A stretch of DNA of 64,000 nt from a bacterium (lineage in GTDB: Bacteria > UBA8248). The notes beneath the pieces are model-generated. The model made no database searches. It had not been told where the DNA came from and was given only the letters and a program-made list of their open reading frames with translations. The position numbers and the translations under genes are program-made. Below are positions 1 to 9,143 of the stretch, in pieces (positions within the stretch are counted from its first letter, which is position 1; every line of letters starts with the position of its first letter). The stretch is from contig OZ242260.1 of NCBI GenBank assembly GCA_965207065.1, positions 1,664,001 to 1,728,000 of the forward strand, given 5' to 3'.

Positions 1-552
1 TTCAATACGGATAGGCAGCTTTATTTCCTGGAGTCTATGGTTTCAGTTGCACTAAGGACGCAACGTCCTTTCCTTTCTCAAGCCTTGATCAAGGCGCTAA
101 ACTACCACGCCATTGCTTGTCTACATGTGAATGCAGGTGAATATCGTCCTTGCGAAGTGAAAGTCGGTAGCTACGAACCGCCGGCGCATTATCGCGTACA
201 AGCCCTAATGGATGATTTCGTAAATCTTGTAAATCGGTACTGGGAGAATGAAGACCCGGTTCTTCTCTCTGCTTTTGTTCTCTGGCAACTCAATGTCATT
301 CACCCGTTTATCAATGGAAACGGAAGAACGGCGCGCGCTTGCTGTTATTTTGTGCTTTGCGTCAAATCAGGGGGATGGATAAGCGGAAAAGCTATATTGC
401 CGCAGCTTTTACAGCAACATAGAGAAGAATATGTTTCTGCACTTCAATATGCGGACAATGCGGCAAAACTGAAAACGTCAAATCAAGAAGCTCTTGGACC
501 TTTGCGTGATCTAATTAGAAAACTCCTGAATATACAGCTGGCCGATCACTAG
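1..552 (+). CDS. Fic family protein (probably 5'-partial)
   Basis: Fic motif HPFINGNGRTAR. The frame is open from base 1, and the DNA is visibly more AT-rich than its neighbours. Confidence 0.9.
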   Translation, partial: FNTDRQLYFLESMVSVALRTQRPFLSQALIKALNYHAIACLHVNAGEYRPCEVKVGSYEPPAHYRVQALMDDFVNLVNRYWENEDPVLLSAFVLWQLNVIHPFINGNGRTARACCYFVLCVKSGGWISGKAILPQLLQQHREEYVSALQYADNAAKLKTSNQEALGPLRDLIRKLLNIQLADH

Positions 553-637
553 ATGGCTTTCAGGCTATGTCCAGACTAAGCCATTAAGATCTGCCCGAGA
601 AAGTCGCTTGTGTTTAGGCCCACCAACTGGTGAACCC

Positions 638-1372
638 CTACCCCCCCTCCGCCTCGACGGCTTGGGCCATCTCGCCCATCGAGAAGAAGATGAAGTCGGT
701 CGTCGGCATATTCTCGACCTTCTCCGTCGCCCCCCAGCTTCCCCCCTCGGAAAGCCTCTGCCGGTCGATCCAGGCGTTGGCGAGGCCGAACCGGTTCGCG
801 GGCGCATGGTCGTGGCGCAGGCTCTGCGCCGTGTGCAGTACGTCGGATTTATCCAGCCCGAAGTCTGACTTCAGGTGCGACAGGAGATACTCGAAATTGG
901 CGTCGGCGGGCTTGTAGGTGCCGATGTCCTCGGCGGTATAAACGGCGTCGAACGCGACGCCCAGCTTGCGGTTCGAGGCGGCGAAGCCCTCGCGGTGCAC
1001 GTTCGAGAGGATGACGAGCTTGTAATGCCGCTTCAGGATGCGCAGCGCGTCCGCGGTATCTGCGAAGGCCGGCCACAGCGGCACGGATGCGCCGAACGCC
1101 TCATCGAGCGCGCCGCTCGTCTCGAATCCCAGACTCTCGGCCATGCTCCGGTGGACTCGTGCGAGGAGGTCGGGATAGTGAAGCCCGGGCGAGGCGTGCT
1201 CGTGGTGGGCTTCCCACTTGGCGAAGGCTAAGAGCGCGGCCTCGCGCGTCACCGCAGAGTCGCCGCCACTCATGATGAGCGGCTGCAGTGCGTCCCAGAT
1301 GCCGGCCTCCCAGTCGATGAGCGTGCCGTAGCAGTCGAACGTGAGTACTTTGTAATCGGTCAGTCGGGCCAT
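638..1372 (-). CDS. HAD-superfamily hydrolase, haloacid dehalogenase type II-like
   Basis: Motifs FDCYGTLIDWE, LSN, YKP and LHTAQSLRHDH. Confidence 0.88.
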   Translation of the reverse strand: MARLTDYKVLTFDCYGTLIDWEAGIWDALQPLIMSGGDSAVTREAALLAFAKWEAHHEHASPGLHYPDLLARVHRSMAESLGFETSGALDEAFGASVPLWPAFADTADALRILKRHYKLVILSNVHREGFAASNRKLGVAFDAVYTAEDIGTYKPADANFEYLLSHLKSDFGLDKSDVLHTAQSLRHDHAPANRFGLANAWIDRQRLSEGGSWGATEKVENMPTTDFIFFSMGEMAQAVEAEGG

Positions 1373-1674
1373 GGTCCGGGTTTCCTGTGAGGTGGGAGTC
1401 GGGATTTTTTGAACAAGCCAAAGTCTGATTGAGAAAGGATCTAAGGCTCTGCGCGAGGACTGTCAAGGATCGCCCCGGCATGCCTGAATCCAAAAACCCG
1501 GTTTGCATGGCGGAAGTAAATGTTTGTATAGTATGAATCTCTTTGTAATTTGTGAGATTGTATACAGTATACTTTATTGACGGCGGTTTTGCTCCGGGAG
1601 TCCCGGGTGGCGGAACCCGCTGATAATGAAAGTATTTCTAGAGCCGATTCATCATTTTGCGCTTGGAGACGCCC

Positions 1675-2844
1675 ATGGCTGAAGAAAAACCCCGCCAATT
1701 CGTTGGCAGCGTGGAATTCAAAAAAGGTCTCGAGGGGGCCATCACGAACGAGAGCGCCATCAGCTACGTCGATGGAGCGAACGGCAAGCTCATCTATCGC
1801 GGGTACAGCATCGACGACCTCTGCGCCGGAGGCGGGGGCTACGAGGAAACGGCCTACCTGCTGCTGAACGGAAAGCTGCCCACCCGGGCGGAACTCGACG
1901 TCTTCAATGCGGATCTCGCCTTGCGCCGGCCCATCCCCCAGCCGGTGAAAGACCTGATCGTGCAGATCGCCGGCACGTGCCACCCCATGAGCTCGCTGCG
2001 CACCGCCGTCTCCATGCTCGGCTGCCTGAATCCGAAGGAATTCGAGGTGACGGTGGAGAACGATTACGACATCGCCCTCACGCTCACGGCGCAGTTCCCC
2101 ACCCTGGTGGCAGCTATCCAGCGGGCGCGGAGGGGCGAGTTCCTCATCGAGCCCGACCCCGGCAAAGGGTTGTCCGAGGATTTCCTGAGCATGATGACGG
2201 GCGAGACGCCGGACGCGCGCACCGTGGAGGTGATGGATATGGCTCTCATCATCCACGCCGAACACGGCATGAACGCCTCCACCTTCTCCTCGATGGTCAC
2301 GAACAGCTCGCTAACGGATTTCTACAGCTCCATCGTCGCGGGCATCGGCTCGCTCAAGGGGCCCCTCCACGGCGGCGCCAACGAGGCCACGCTGCGCACG
2401 TTCCAGGAGATCGGAGACCCAGCCACGACGGAAGACTGGTTCGCGGCGGCGAAGTCGAAGAAGGTGAAGGTGATGGGCTTTGGCCACCGCGTCTACAAGG
2501 CCTACGACCCGAGGGCGCGCCTGTTCGACCCCATCGCCAAGGAATTCTCCGCGCGCGCCGGCACGAGCCATCTTTATGAGATCGCGAAAAAGCTCGAAGC
2601 CCTCGTGGTGGCGGACTTAGGGGGAAAGGGCATCTTCCCCAACGTCGATTTCTTCTCGGGCATCATCTACGACGCCATGGGCATCGACACGGACATGTTC
2701 ACGCCCATCTTCGCCGTGCCGCGCATCGCCGGGTGGTCGGCGCGCATCCTCGAGTACCTGCCCGACAACCGGCTCTTCAGGCCCCGCGCGGTCTACATCG
2801 GCGACCTGGAGTCGCAATACACGCCGATTGGCGAGCGCAGCTAG
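1675..2844 (+). CDS. gltA: Citrate synthase (citrate/2-methylcitrate synthase family)
   Basis: Motifs GPLHGGANE, MGFGHRVYKAYDPR and PNVDFFSG. ATG at 1675 follows a GGAG RBS. Confidence 0.92.
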   Translation: MAEEKPRQFVGSVEFKKGLEGAITNESAISYVDGANGKLIYRGYSIDDLCAGGGGYEETAYLLLNGKLPTRAELDVFNADLALRRPIPQPVKDLIVQIAGTCHPMSSLRTAVSMLGCLNPKEFEVTVENDYDIALTLTAQFPTLVAAIQRARRGEFLIEPDPGKGLSEDFLSMMTGETPDARTVEVMDMALIIHAEHGMNASTFSSMVTNSSLTDFYSSIVAGIGSLKGPLHGGANEATLRTFQEIGDPATTEDWFAAAKSKKVKVMGFGHRVYKAYDPRARLFDPIAKEFSARAGTSHLYEIAKKLEALVVADLGGKGIFPNVDFFSGIIYDAMGIDTDMFTPIFAVPRIAGWSARILEYLPDNRLFRPRAVYIGDLESQYTPIGERS

Positions 2845-2861
2845 CTTCAATAAGCAAACAG

Positions 2862-2895
2862 AAAGGCGGCCTCTCGAACGGGGGCCGCTTTTTTT
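2862..2895 (+). terminator. Intrinsic terminator after citrate synthase
   Basis: GCGGCCTCTCG/CGGGGGCCGC hairpin followed by a T run. Confidence 0.8.
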
Positions 2896-2936
2896 CGTCT
2901 ATTTCTTGAATAATCTGAAACCGAGGAGGGGTCCCC

Positions 2937-3356
2937 GTGGTGTTTGAAGACGGCTTCGTGATCGAGACGAAAGGGATGACGGACATTCTGGACATCACGC
3001 TCCAGGTCGAGCTCATCGTTTCGGCAAGCAAGGTGCAAACTGGAATCGTCCTGGCCTTCACGCCCGGCTCGACGGCGGGTCTCACGACGATGGAGTATGA
3101 GCCGGGAACGGTTTCTGACCTGAAAGAGGCTATCGCCCGACTGGCGCCCGAGGAATTGGACTACGCGCATGTCCTCTCGGGAGACGGGAACGGCTTCTCC
3201 CACGTCCGCGCCGCCCTGCTGGGGCCCAGCCTCTCTCTTTCCGTCCGGGGAGGCGCGCTCGTCACCGGAAAATGGCAGCAGGTCGTCCTGGTCGATTTCG
3301 ACAACCGCCCGAGGAACAGGCGTGTGGAAGTCCAGGTTCTGGGGGATAATTCTTAA
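2937..3356 (+). CDS. yjbQ: YjbQ/UPF0047 family protein
   Basis: Motifs GSTAGLTTMEYEPG, NGFSHVRAALLG and GKWQQVVLVDFD; GAGG RBS. Confidence 0.9.
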   Translation: MVFEDGFVIETKGMTDILDITLQVELIVSASKVQTGIVLAFTPGSTAGLTTMEYEPGTVSDLKEAIARLAPEELDYAHVLSGDGNGFSHVRAALLGPSLSLSVRGGALVTGKWQQVVLVDFDNRPRNRRVEVQVLGDNS

Positions 3357-3412
3357 TCAATGGGGATTCTAAACTTCAGTTGACGGCTTCTTTTTTCTGT
3401 TCGGGTTTTTCT

Positions 3413-3461
3413 CACTCCCCCTTGAGGGGTCGGGCATCCCGAGGGGAATGCCCGATGAAAA
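3413..3461. repeat. Dispersed palindromic repeat (inverted copy at about 54837-54887)
   Basis: CACTCCCCCTTGAGGGGTCGGGCATCCCGAGGGGAATGCCCGATGAAAA; a near-identical reverse complement lies at 54837-54887. Confidence 0.85.
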
Positions 3462-3489
3462 ACTCCACAGCAGCAGGATTGCAGGTTTT

Positions 3490-3517
3490 GTAGGGACAGG
3501 TCGCGACCTGTCCCTAC
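3490..3517. repeat. GTAG-type REP-like palindrome
   Basis: Perfect 28-bp palindrome GTAGGGACAGGTCGCGACCTGTCCCTAC; other copies at 24415, 42728 and 51683. Confidence 0.92.
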
Positions 3518-3679
3518 GGCCTCTTTTTCATCGGGTTCGTTCATTTAAGGGTTTTGCCAACCAAGGAGAAGGGGAATTCCACTCCCCCCTTCTCGGTGCT
3601 GTTGAAAAACTGCACAGAAGGAGCGCGCTAAATTCCACTCCCCCTTTGAGAGTTCTTGCCGTCCGACGAGAGAGTAATT

Positions 3680-3831
3680 CACTCCCCCCTTGAGGGGGAG
3701 TCACAGAGGCCGAGTGCTTTGGACGAAGGCCGATGTGGTGGGGGGAGGTTTGCTCTGTGGCATGTCCCCCCACCGATTCAGCCTTCGCATAATCCGCTTG
3801 GCTTCATCGACTCCCCCTCAAGGGGGGAGTG
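3680..3831. mobile_element. MITE-like element with 23-bp perfect terminal inverted repeats
   Basis: CACTCCCCCCTTGAGGGGGAGTC (3680-3702) and GACTCCCCCTCAAGGGGGGAGTG (3809-3831); non-coding interior. Confidence 0.7.
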
Positions 3832-3982
3832 ATTCCATCATTTCCTATCGCACTCGGCGCATGGAACACTGCCGTAAAGGCATGTATATAATTCTTTAAT
3901 CAATCCGGGCCGGATGCGCACCAGATGGCGTGGCGACCGGGAATCAAGCTCCCCGGCCTTTCTCGCAGCGAAGTATGAAAGG

Positions 3983-4402
3983 CTAGTCGTCGCCTTCGGC
4001 GAACTCCTCGAACGTGTAGAACAGCCCGTCCAGCACCCGCGCCGCCTGCTCGTCCACGCCCGGCTTGTCGAGGGGCAGGTCGATGGCGTAGCGGAACACG
4101 CCGTCGTGGTAGTGCTCCACCTTGTGCTCTTCCTCCTCGCCCGCTTCCTCCATCCCGTCGTACACGAAATCGTCAATCGGGTCCTTGCTGTCGAGGATGG
4201 CGAGTTCGATGTCCTCGTTCATGTAGCGGTCGGCGGTGGCGAAGCTGATGCGGAGCTTGCCGTCGGCGTCGTTTTTCACCATATCGAACCAGCAGACCTC
4301 GTTCACGACGAGGCGGATGGAGCGGCCCGAAGGGTCGGGTTCGGGGGTGAAGCGGTCATCGGTAGCGTAGCGTTTGATCATGCCTGTGATGATGTCGGCC
4401 AA
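3983..4402 (-). CDS. Hypothetical acidic protein
   Basis: 139 aa, host-like codon usage, GGAGG RBS before a TTG start. No family recognised. Confidence 0.75.
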   Translation of the reverse strand: MADIITGMIKRYATDDRFTPEPDPSGRSIRLVVNEVCWFDMVKNDADGKLRISFATADRYMNEDIELAILDSKDPIDDFVYDGMEEAGEEEEHKVEHYHDGVFRYAIDLPLDKPGVDEQAARVLDGLFYTFEEFAEGDD

Positions 4403-4585
4403 AACAGGAGCCTCCCTGCGCGTGGTTTTTAGTGTGTGGAAATCCGCTCTTTCCTCGTTCGGGGGGAAATATAGCTTGGAGTCTTCGTTTCGCCAAGCGG
4501 CGACGGGGGTCGGGAACGAGAGGCCGGCCTAAATCTTAAGATCGCTCGTTGCGGGAGAGATATCGCTGTGTTGTTGGCTGTGTTG

Positions 4586-4637
4586 TTGAAAAACAACGGG
4601 GATGAGCGGCGCGCGATAACTCGAGCCGCTCATCCCC
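4586..4637 (-). terminator. Intrinsic terminator of the TTT transporter operon
   Basis: 13-bp stem GGGGATGAGCGGC/GCCGCTCATCCCC followed on the minus strand by GTTGTTTTT. Confidence 0.75.
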
Positions 4638-4661
4638 TGAATGATGCTTGGTCCTATAGAC

Positions 4662-5642
4662 CTATTTCTTCATCGTCATGGCCTTGATGAGCTTCGTGTA
4701 GCCGTCGTAGTTCGGCTTTCTGGACTTCTCATAGTCCGCGCCGCTCACGAAAACCACGTTCTCGCCGATGCTGCGCATGAAACGCTTGAACGACTTGTTC
4801 TTCGTGAGCTTCTCGAATGCGCCGCGGAGCTTCTTCAGCCTGTCGGCGGGCGTCTTGGCAGGCGCCATGAAGATGCGGTCCATCGTGAAGCCCACGCCCT
4901 TGTAGCCGAGTTCCGTCGTGGTCGGGACTTCCTTGAAGTCCTTGTCCTTCGAGAGGCGCATATCGCCCGTGAGCGCGAGCACGGTGACCTTTCCGGACTT
5001 CTTGTGGGGGCGAAGCTGGGTCGGGAAGGCGATGCCCACGTCGTCCTGGCCCGAGAGGACGGCGCGCAATGCGGGGCCCCCGCCTTTATGCGGGATGAAG
5101 TTCACCTTGATGCCCGCCGAGCGGACGAACTGCATCGAGGGCACGTGGCCCGCGCCCCAAACGCCGCTGTGGCCCCAGTTGACCTTGCCGGGGTTTTTCT
5201 TGGCGTAGGCGACGAATTCCTTCATGTTCTTCCACGGCCGGTTCGCGAGCGAGAAGAACACCGGCTGCCCGTGGTTGATCTTGGCGACGGCCGAGAAATC
5301 GCGCAGCGTGTTGAAGGGCACCTTGCGGGTCTGCGGCACGAGCTGGTCGAAGCCGTTGTGGGTGAAGAGCAGGGTGTAGCCGTCCGGCTTGGCCTTGGCG
5401 ACGAAGCCTGTGCCCTTCATGCCCGCGCCGCCCGGCACGAGCTTCACGACCATGGGCTGGCCGAGAATGTCGGCGATGATGCTGGTGATGCCGCGTGCGT
5501 GGAGGTCGTGGCTGCCGCCCGCGCCCACAGGCAGGACGAGCGTGATGGGTCTGTCGGGATAGGCCGCCGTGCTCGCGGAGGGCAGACCCAGCGCGACGAA
5601 CAGGACCAGCGCGGCCGCGATGGCGAAGAAGCGTTTTTTCAT
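4662..5642 (-). CDS. tctC: Tripartite tricarboxylate transporter substrate-binding protein (TctC/Bug)
   Basis: Signal peptide MKKRFF..., YPDRPITLVLPVGAGG and PDGYTLL; AAGGAG RBS. It forms only the 3' part of the 963-aa track ORF. Confidence 0.93.
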   Translation of the reverse strand: MKKRFFAIAAALVLFVALGLPSASTAAYPDRPITLVLPVGAGGSHDLHARGITSIIADILGQPMVVKLVPGGAGMKGTGFVAKAKPDGYTLLFTHNGFDQLVPQTRKVPFNTLRDFSAVAKINHGQPVFFSLANRPWKNMKEFVAYAKKNPGKVNWGHSGVWGAGHVPSMQFVRSAGIKVNFIPHKGGGPALRAVLSGQDDVGIAFPTQLRPHKKSGKVTVLALTGDMRLSKDKDFKEVPTTTELGYKGVGFTMDRIFMAPAKTPADRLKKLRGAFEKLTKNKSFKRFMRSIGENVVFVSGADYEKSRKPNYDGYTKLIKAMTMKK

Positions 5643-5668
5643 GATGATCTCCTTTGATGTATTTGCCT

Positions 5669-7174
5669 TCATGAGGCGGCGGACCCCTTGGTGCGCTGCC
5701 ACATCGGGCGAAGAATGAGAAATGCAATCCAGACCAGCGCCGCTATGAGAAATGCGGACGCTATCGGCCTTTGCAGGAACAGGTACGAAAACGGAGCCCC
5801 TTTCGCGTAGAGCATCGACTGGCTCAAACGATACTCTATCGGCTCGGCCAGCACAAAAGCGATGATGAGGGGCGCCAGGTCGAACTTGAATTTTCTGAGA
5901 ATATAGGCGCATACGCCGATGATGACCATCAGGATCACGTCGGTGTTCGCCCCGGTGGAGAGCGTGCCCACGAAGGCGAGCGCCACGATGACGGGGATGA
6001 GATACGCCTTTTTGAACTGAATGGCCCGGGCGAAGGGTTTCAGAAGAACGTAGCCCAGGAAGAAGAACAGCACGTTCGCCAGCACCATCGTGAGGATGAG
6101 CGCGTACATGAGCGCGCCTTGCTCCTGGAATATCTGGGGTCCCGGCCGCATGCCGTGCGCCACGAAAGCGCCCAGCAGGATGGCCGTCACGTTGTCTCCG
6201 GGAATGCCCAGCGTCAGCAGGGGAACCAGCGTGGGGCCGTTCACGGCGTTGTTCGCGGCCTCGGGCGCAGCTATCCCGTCGAGTTCGCCCTTGCCGAAGT
6301 TCTCCGGGTTTTTGGAGGCGCGCTTCGCTGCGCTGTAGCCGATGAATGCGGCGACGACCTGTCCCACGCCCGGCACCATGCCGATGCCCGTGCCGATGGC
6401 TGTCGAGCGCAGGATGGAGCGGATCGACGCCTTGAACTCGCGCCAGCGCAGCCGTTCTCCCGCCTTGGCGAGGTTCACGTGTTCGCTGATGAAGCGCACG
6501 GTGCGCGTTTCGACCGCCTCCAGTATCTCGGGCATCGCGAAGATGCCGATGGCCAGCGGGATGAGGGGAATGCCGCCGCTCAGCGCTTCCAGGCCGAACG
6601 TCATTCGCGTGGAGCCGGTGGTGGCGTCGGTGCCGATGAAGCCCAGCCCCATGCCGATGCAGGCGGCGATGGCTCCTTTTAAGCCTGAATCGCTCGAGAC
6701 GCTCGCGATGAGCACGAGCGAGAAAATGATGACGGCAAACACTTCCGGCGGGCCGATCAGGAGCGTGATGATGGCGATGGGGCCGATGAGCGCCAGGGTG
6801 AAGATGTCCGAGAGCGTATCGGCAATGGTGGAGGAGAACAGCGCCATCTCGAGCGCCTTTCGCCCCTCGCCCTTGCGCGTGAGTGCGGGGCCGTCGAACG
6901 TGGTGGCGATGGATGCGCCCGTTCCCGGAATGCCGACCAGAATCGCCGGAATGCTGCCCCCGTAAATACCGCCCTTGTAGATGCCGATCAGGAACGGGAT
7001 GCCGAGCATGGGTTCGAGCTTGAAGGAAATCGGAAGCAGAACCGACATGGCGAGGATGGTGGTGAGACCGGGCATCGCGCCCACGAACATGCCGATGGTC
7101 AGACCTGCGCATATGTAGAGATAGGTGTCCACGCGCATCAGGAGGGCGAAGGCTTGGAGGAAAGCGTCGAGCAA
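5669..7174 (-). CDS. tctA: TTT transporter permease TctA
   Basis: Motifs GAMPGL, YGGSIPAIL..IPG, APEAANNA and PLLTLGIPG. Confidence 0.95.
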   Translation of the reverse strand: MLDAFLQAFALLMRVDTYLYICAGLTIGMFVGAMPGLTTILAMSVLLPISFKLEPMLGIPFLIGIYKGGIYGGSIPAILVGIPGTGASIATTFDGPALTRKGEGRKALEMALFSSTIADTLSDIFTLALIGPIAIITLLIGPPEVFAVIIFSLVLIASVSSDSGLKGAIAACIGMGLGFIGTDATTGSTRMTFGLEALSGGIPLIPLAIGIFAMPEILEAVETRTVRFISEHVNLAKAGERLRWREFKASIRSILRSTAIGTGIGMVPGVGQVVAAFIGYSAAKRASKNPENFGKGELDGIAAPEAANNAVNGPTLVPLLTLGIPGDNVTAILLGAFVAHGMRPGPQIFQEQGALMYALILTMVLANVLFFFLGYVLLKPFARAIQFKKAYLIPVIVALAFVGTLSTGANTDVILMVIIGVCAYILRKFKFDLAPLIIAFVLAEPIEYRLSQSMLYAKGAPFSYLFLQRPIASAFLIAALVWIAFLILRPMWQRTKGSAAS

Positions 7175-7186
7175 GGCCGGGTCTCC

Positions 7187-7765
7187 CTATTTCCCGAGAA
7201 ATACGCCGGAGAGGAACTTCATGATCGCGTCCTCGACGACGGCGATGGCCTCGTAGTCGCTCCTCGGCAGCGAGATGAGCAGCAATCTCTCGAAGATGAA
7301 GCGCACGACGATGGGCATCAGAATGGAGACGGAGGCGACGATCCATATCTGCCGTATGCCCAGGTACCAGATGACCGCGCCGGCCATCAAGAGCGTCGAC
7401 AGGCCGTAGCCCAGCGCCGACACGAGAAGGGAATAAGCGGCGACGATGACGATCATCTTCGCCCCGCGAATGAAGCGCTCCGCCTCGTTCGTATCCGCGG
7501 CGGAGCGCACGTAACGCGCCCTTCGCCATGCGTCCAGCGTATAGAAGGCGCACAGGACGGCGAGAACGGCGAAGGCGAGTTCCGGGAAGAATATGGGTGA
7601 AAGGCGCAGAAAATCCTGCGCGGAGGTGATGCCGCCCGACGCGATCAAGTAGGGCATGAAAACGGCGAGCCCCGCCGCGAGGAGCGTCATCCCTCCGGCC
7701 AGATAGACTTCCAGGCGCAGCATGGTGGGGCTTGGCGCGCTGGTTGATTCTTCGTCCGAAGCCAT
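7187..7765 (-). CDS. tctB: TTT transporter small subunit TctB
   Basis: Multi-TM protein upstream of tctA with FIFERLLLISLP near the C-terminus. Start estimated at MASDEE. Confidence 0.8.
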   Translation of the reverse strand: MASDEESTSAPSPTMLRLEVYLAGGMTLLAAGLAVFMPYLIASGGITSAQDFLRLSPIFFPELAFAVLAVLCAFYTLDAWRRARYVRSAADTNEAERFIRGAKMIVIVAAYSLLVSALGYGLSTLLMAGAVIWYLGIRQIWIVASVSILMPIVVRFIFERLLLISLPRSDYEAIAVVEDAIMKFLSGVFLGK

Positions 7766-7955
7766 GGAGCGTCCTGTTGCATGGGGTCGTTTTTTCCCCG
7801 CCGACCCGGAGGCGCTTCTCATCGCCCGATGAAGTGGTGTCGTTCGATGGATTTGCGTATTATTCACCAGTTGGCTGGCAGTAGCAATCTTTCATCCCAT
7901 CCGTTCGCATATGCGCGCCACGTGCGCAACCCGAGGATTCAAGGAGAGAAGTTAC

Positions 7956-8339
7956 ATGAAAATCATCAATTCCATGAGCGTGGACAAGGACAAAGCCTAC
8001 GAGCCTCCCTATTCGATCATGTGGGGGGTGAACGACGAGACGACCGACACGAAGGTCATGACCATGCAGCGCACCATCATCCCCCCCGGTGGGAAGAACA
8101 AGATGCACACCCACACGTGCGACGCCGTGTTTTATGTGAACAAGGGGCCCATTTACGTCTATATGGGGGACCCGGAAAACCCCGAAAGAATCCTCGTCGA
8201 GTCGGGTCATTTCTGCTACGCGCCCGCGGGCGAGCCGCACGGGCAGGAGAACCCGAGCGAGACCGAGCCCGCCGAACTCATCGCCACCTACGGAAACTGC
8301 TCCCACCAGGACAAGGCGGGCACGACCTTCGTGCAGTAG
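7956..8339 (+). CDS. Cupin domain protein
   Basis: PPGGKNKMHTHTCD and PAGEPHGQEN cupin motifs; AAGGAG RBS before ATG 7956. Confidence 0.88.
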   Translation: MKIINSMSVDKDKAYEPPYSIMWGVNDETTDTKVMTMQRTIIPPGGKNKMHTHTCDAVFYVNKGPIYVYMGDPENPERILVESGHFCYAPAGEPHGQENPSETEPAELIATYGNCSHQDKAGTTFVQ

Positions 8340-8371
8340 CATCTCACCTATCTTATTGATGGAGTCATTCG

Positions 8372-9112
8372 ATGGATCGAGGAATCTGGGCGTCCTGGTA
8401 CGACCTGCCCGAAGACAAAAAAGAAGACTACTGCGCCTGGCTGCACGGGCGTCACCTGCCGGCCATGCTGAGGCGGGCGGGGTTTCTGTGGGCGGCGCAT
8501 TACGAGGTTGAAGGCGAAGGCGCGCAGATGAAGCAGGTGAAGAACACGGCGCTCACCTACGCCGCGCCAGGTGAGGTTCCCGGCGGTACGGGGTACGTCC
8601 TCCTCATCGGGGCGGTCTCTCCGCACGTGTTTTTCGACCCCGCGCTCGCCGACGTCGAAAAAGAATATGACGATGAGACGCGCGCCATGCTGGCCCTTCG
8701 CGAAGGTTATCGCGAATGCATCTTCAGCGAGGAGGCCCGCGTCGACGGCCCCGACGTCGCCGAGAGAGGTCCCGGCATCACGCCCGGCCCCGCGATCCAG
8801 ATGGGGCAGTTCCTCTCCCGGGACGCGGAGGCGGAGCACGACCTCGGCGCGTGGTACGCCCAGTATCGCCTGAAATTCATGGAGGGGATGCCCGGCTGCA
8901 TCGGCGCGCGGAAGCTGCTTTCCGCCGCCGGCTGGGCCAAGCATTCGATTTTTTACGAGTTCACCTCGCTCGAAGCGCGAGAGGAGGGTTTTCAGAAGCA
9001 CGAGAGCCTCTCGCTCGATGAGAGCGGGTGGTCGGGCCGGGTGGTGAGATCGCTCATCCACGCCCCCGGCAGCCCGAGCGTGGGCCGCCGCCTGTGGCCG
9101 CCTGTGAACTGA
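8372..9112 (+). CDS. Hypothetical protein, probable tandem dimeric alpha/beta-barrel (EthD-like)
   Basis: Two internally similar halves (AWLHGRHLPAMLRRAGF / AWYAQYRLKFMEGMPGC); GGAG RBS. Confidence 0.7.
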   Translation: MDRGIWASWYDLPEDKKEDYCAWLHGRHLPAMLRRAGFLWAAHYEVEGEGAQMKQVKNTALTYAAPGEVPGGTGYVLLIGAVSPHVFFDPALADVEKEYDDETRAMLALREGYRECIFSEEARVDGPDVAERGPGITPGPAIQMGQFLSRDAEAEHDLGAWYAQYRLKFMEGMPGCIGARKLLSAAGWAKHSIFYEFTSLEAREEGFQKHESLSLDESGWSGRVVRSLIHAPGSPSVGRRLWPPVN

Positions 9113-9143
9113 GCCTTGATACCCATACGGGAAGGAGAAATTG

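Noticed and set aside
3360-3900. Possible CRISPR array or small ORFs in the repeat cluster
   Set aside because: There is no regular repeat-spacer periodicity and no cas gene. The ORFs are translations of palindromic repeats.
4662-7553. 963-aa minus-strand ORF
   Set aside because: Only the last 326 aa (TctC) are real. The rest is an off-frame shadow of tctA/tctB in GC-rich DNA.
9110-9112. Other TGA stops as Sec codons (e.g. 9112, 16326, 24338)
   Set aside because: They fall at natural protein ends, with no redox motif and no evident in-frame continuation of homology.
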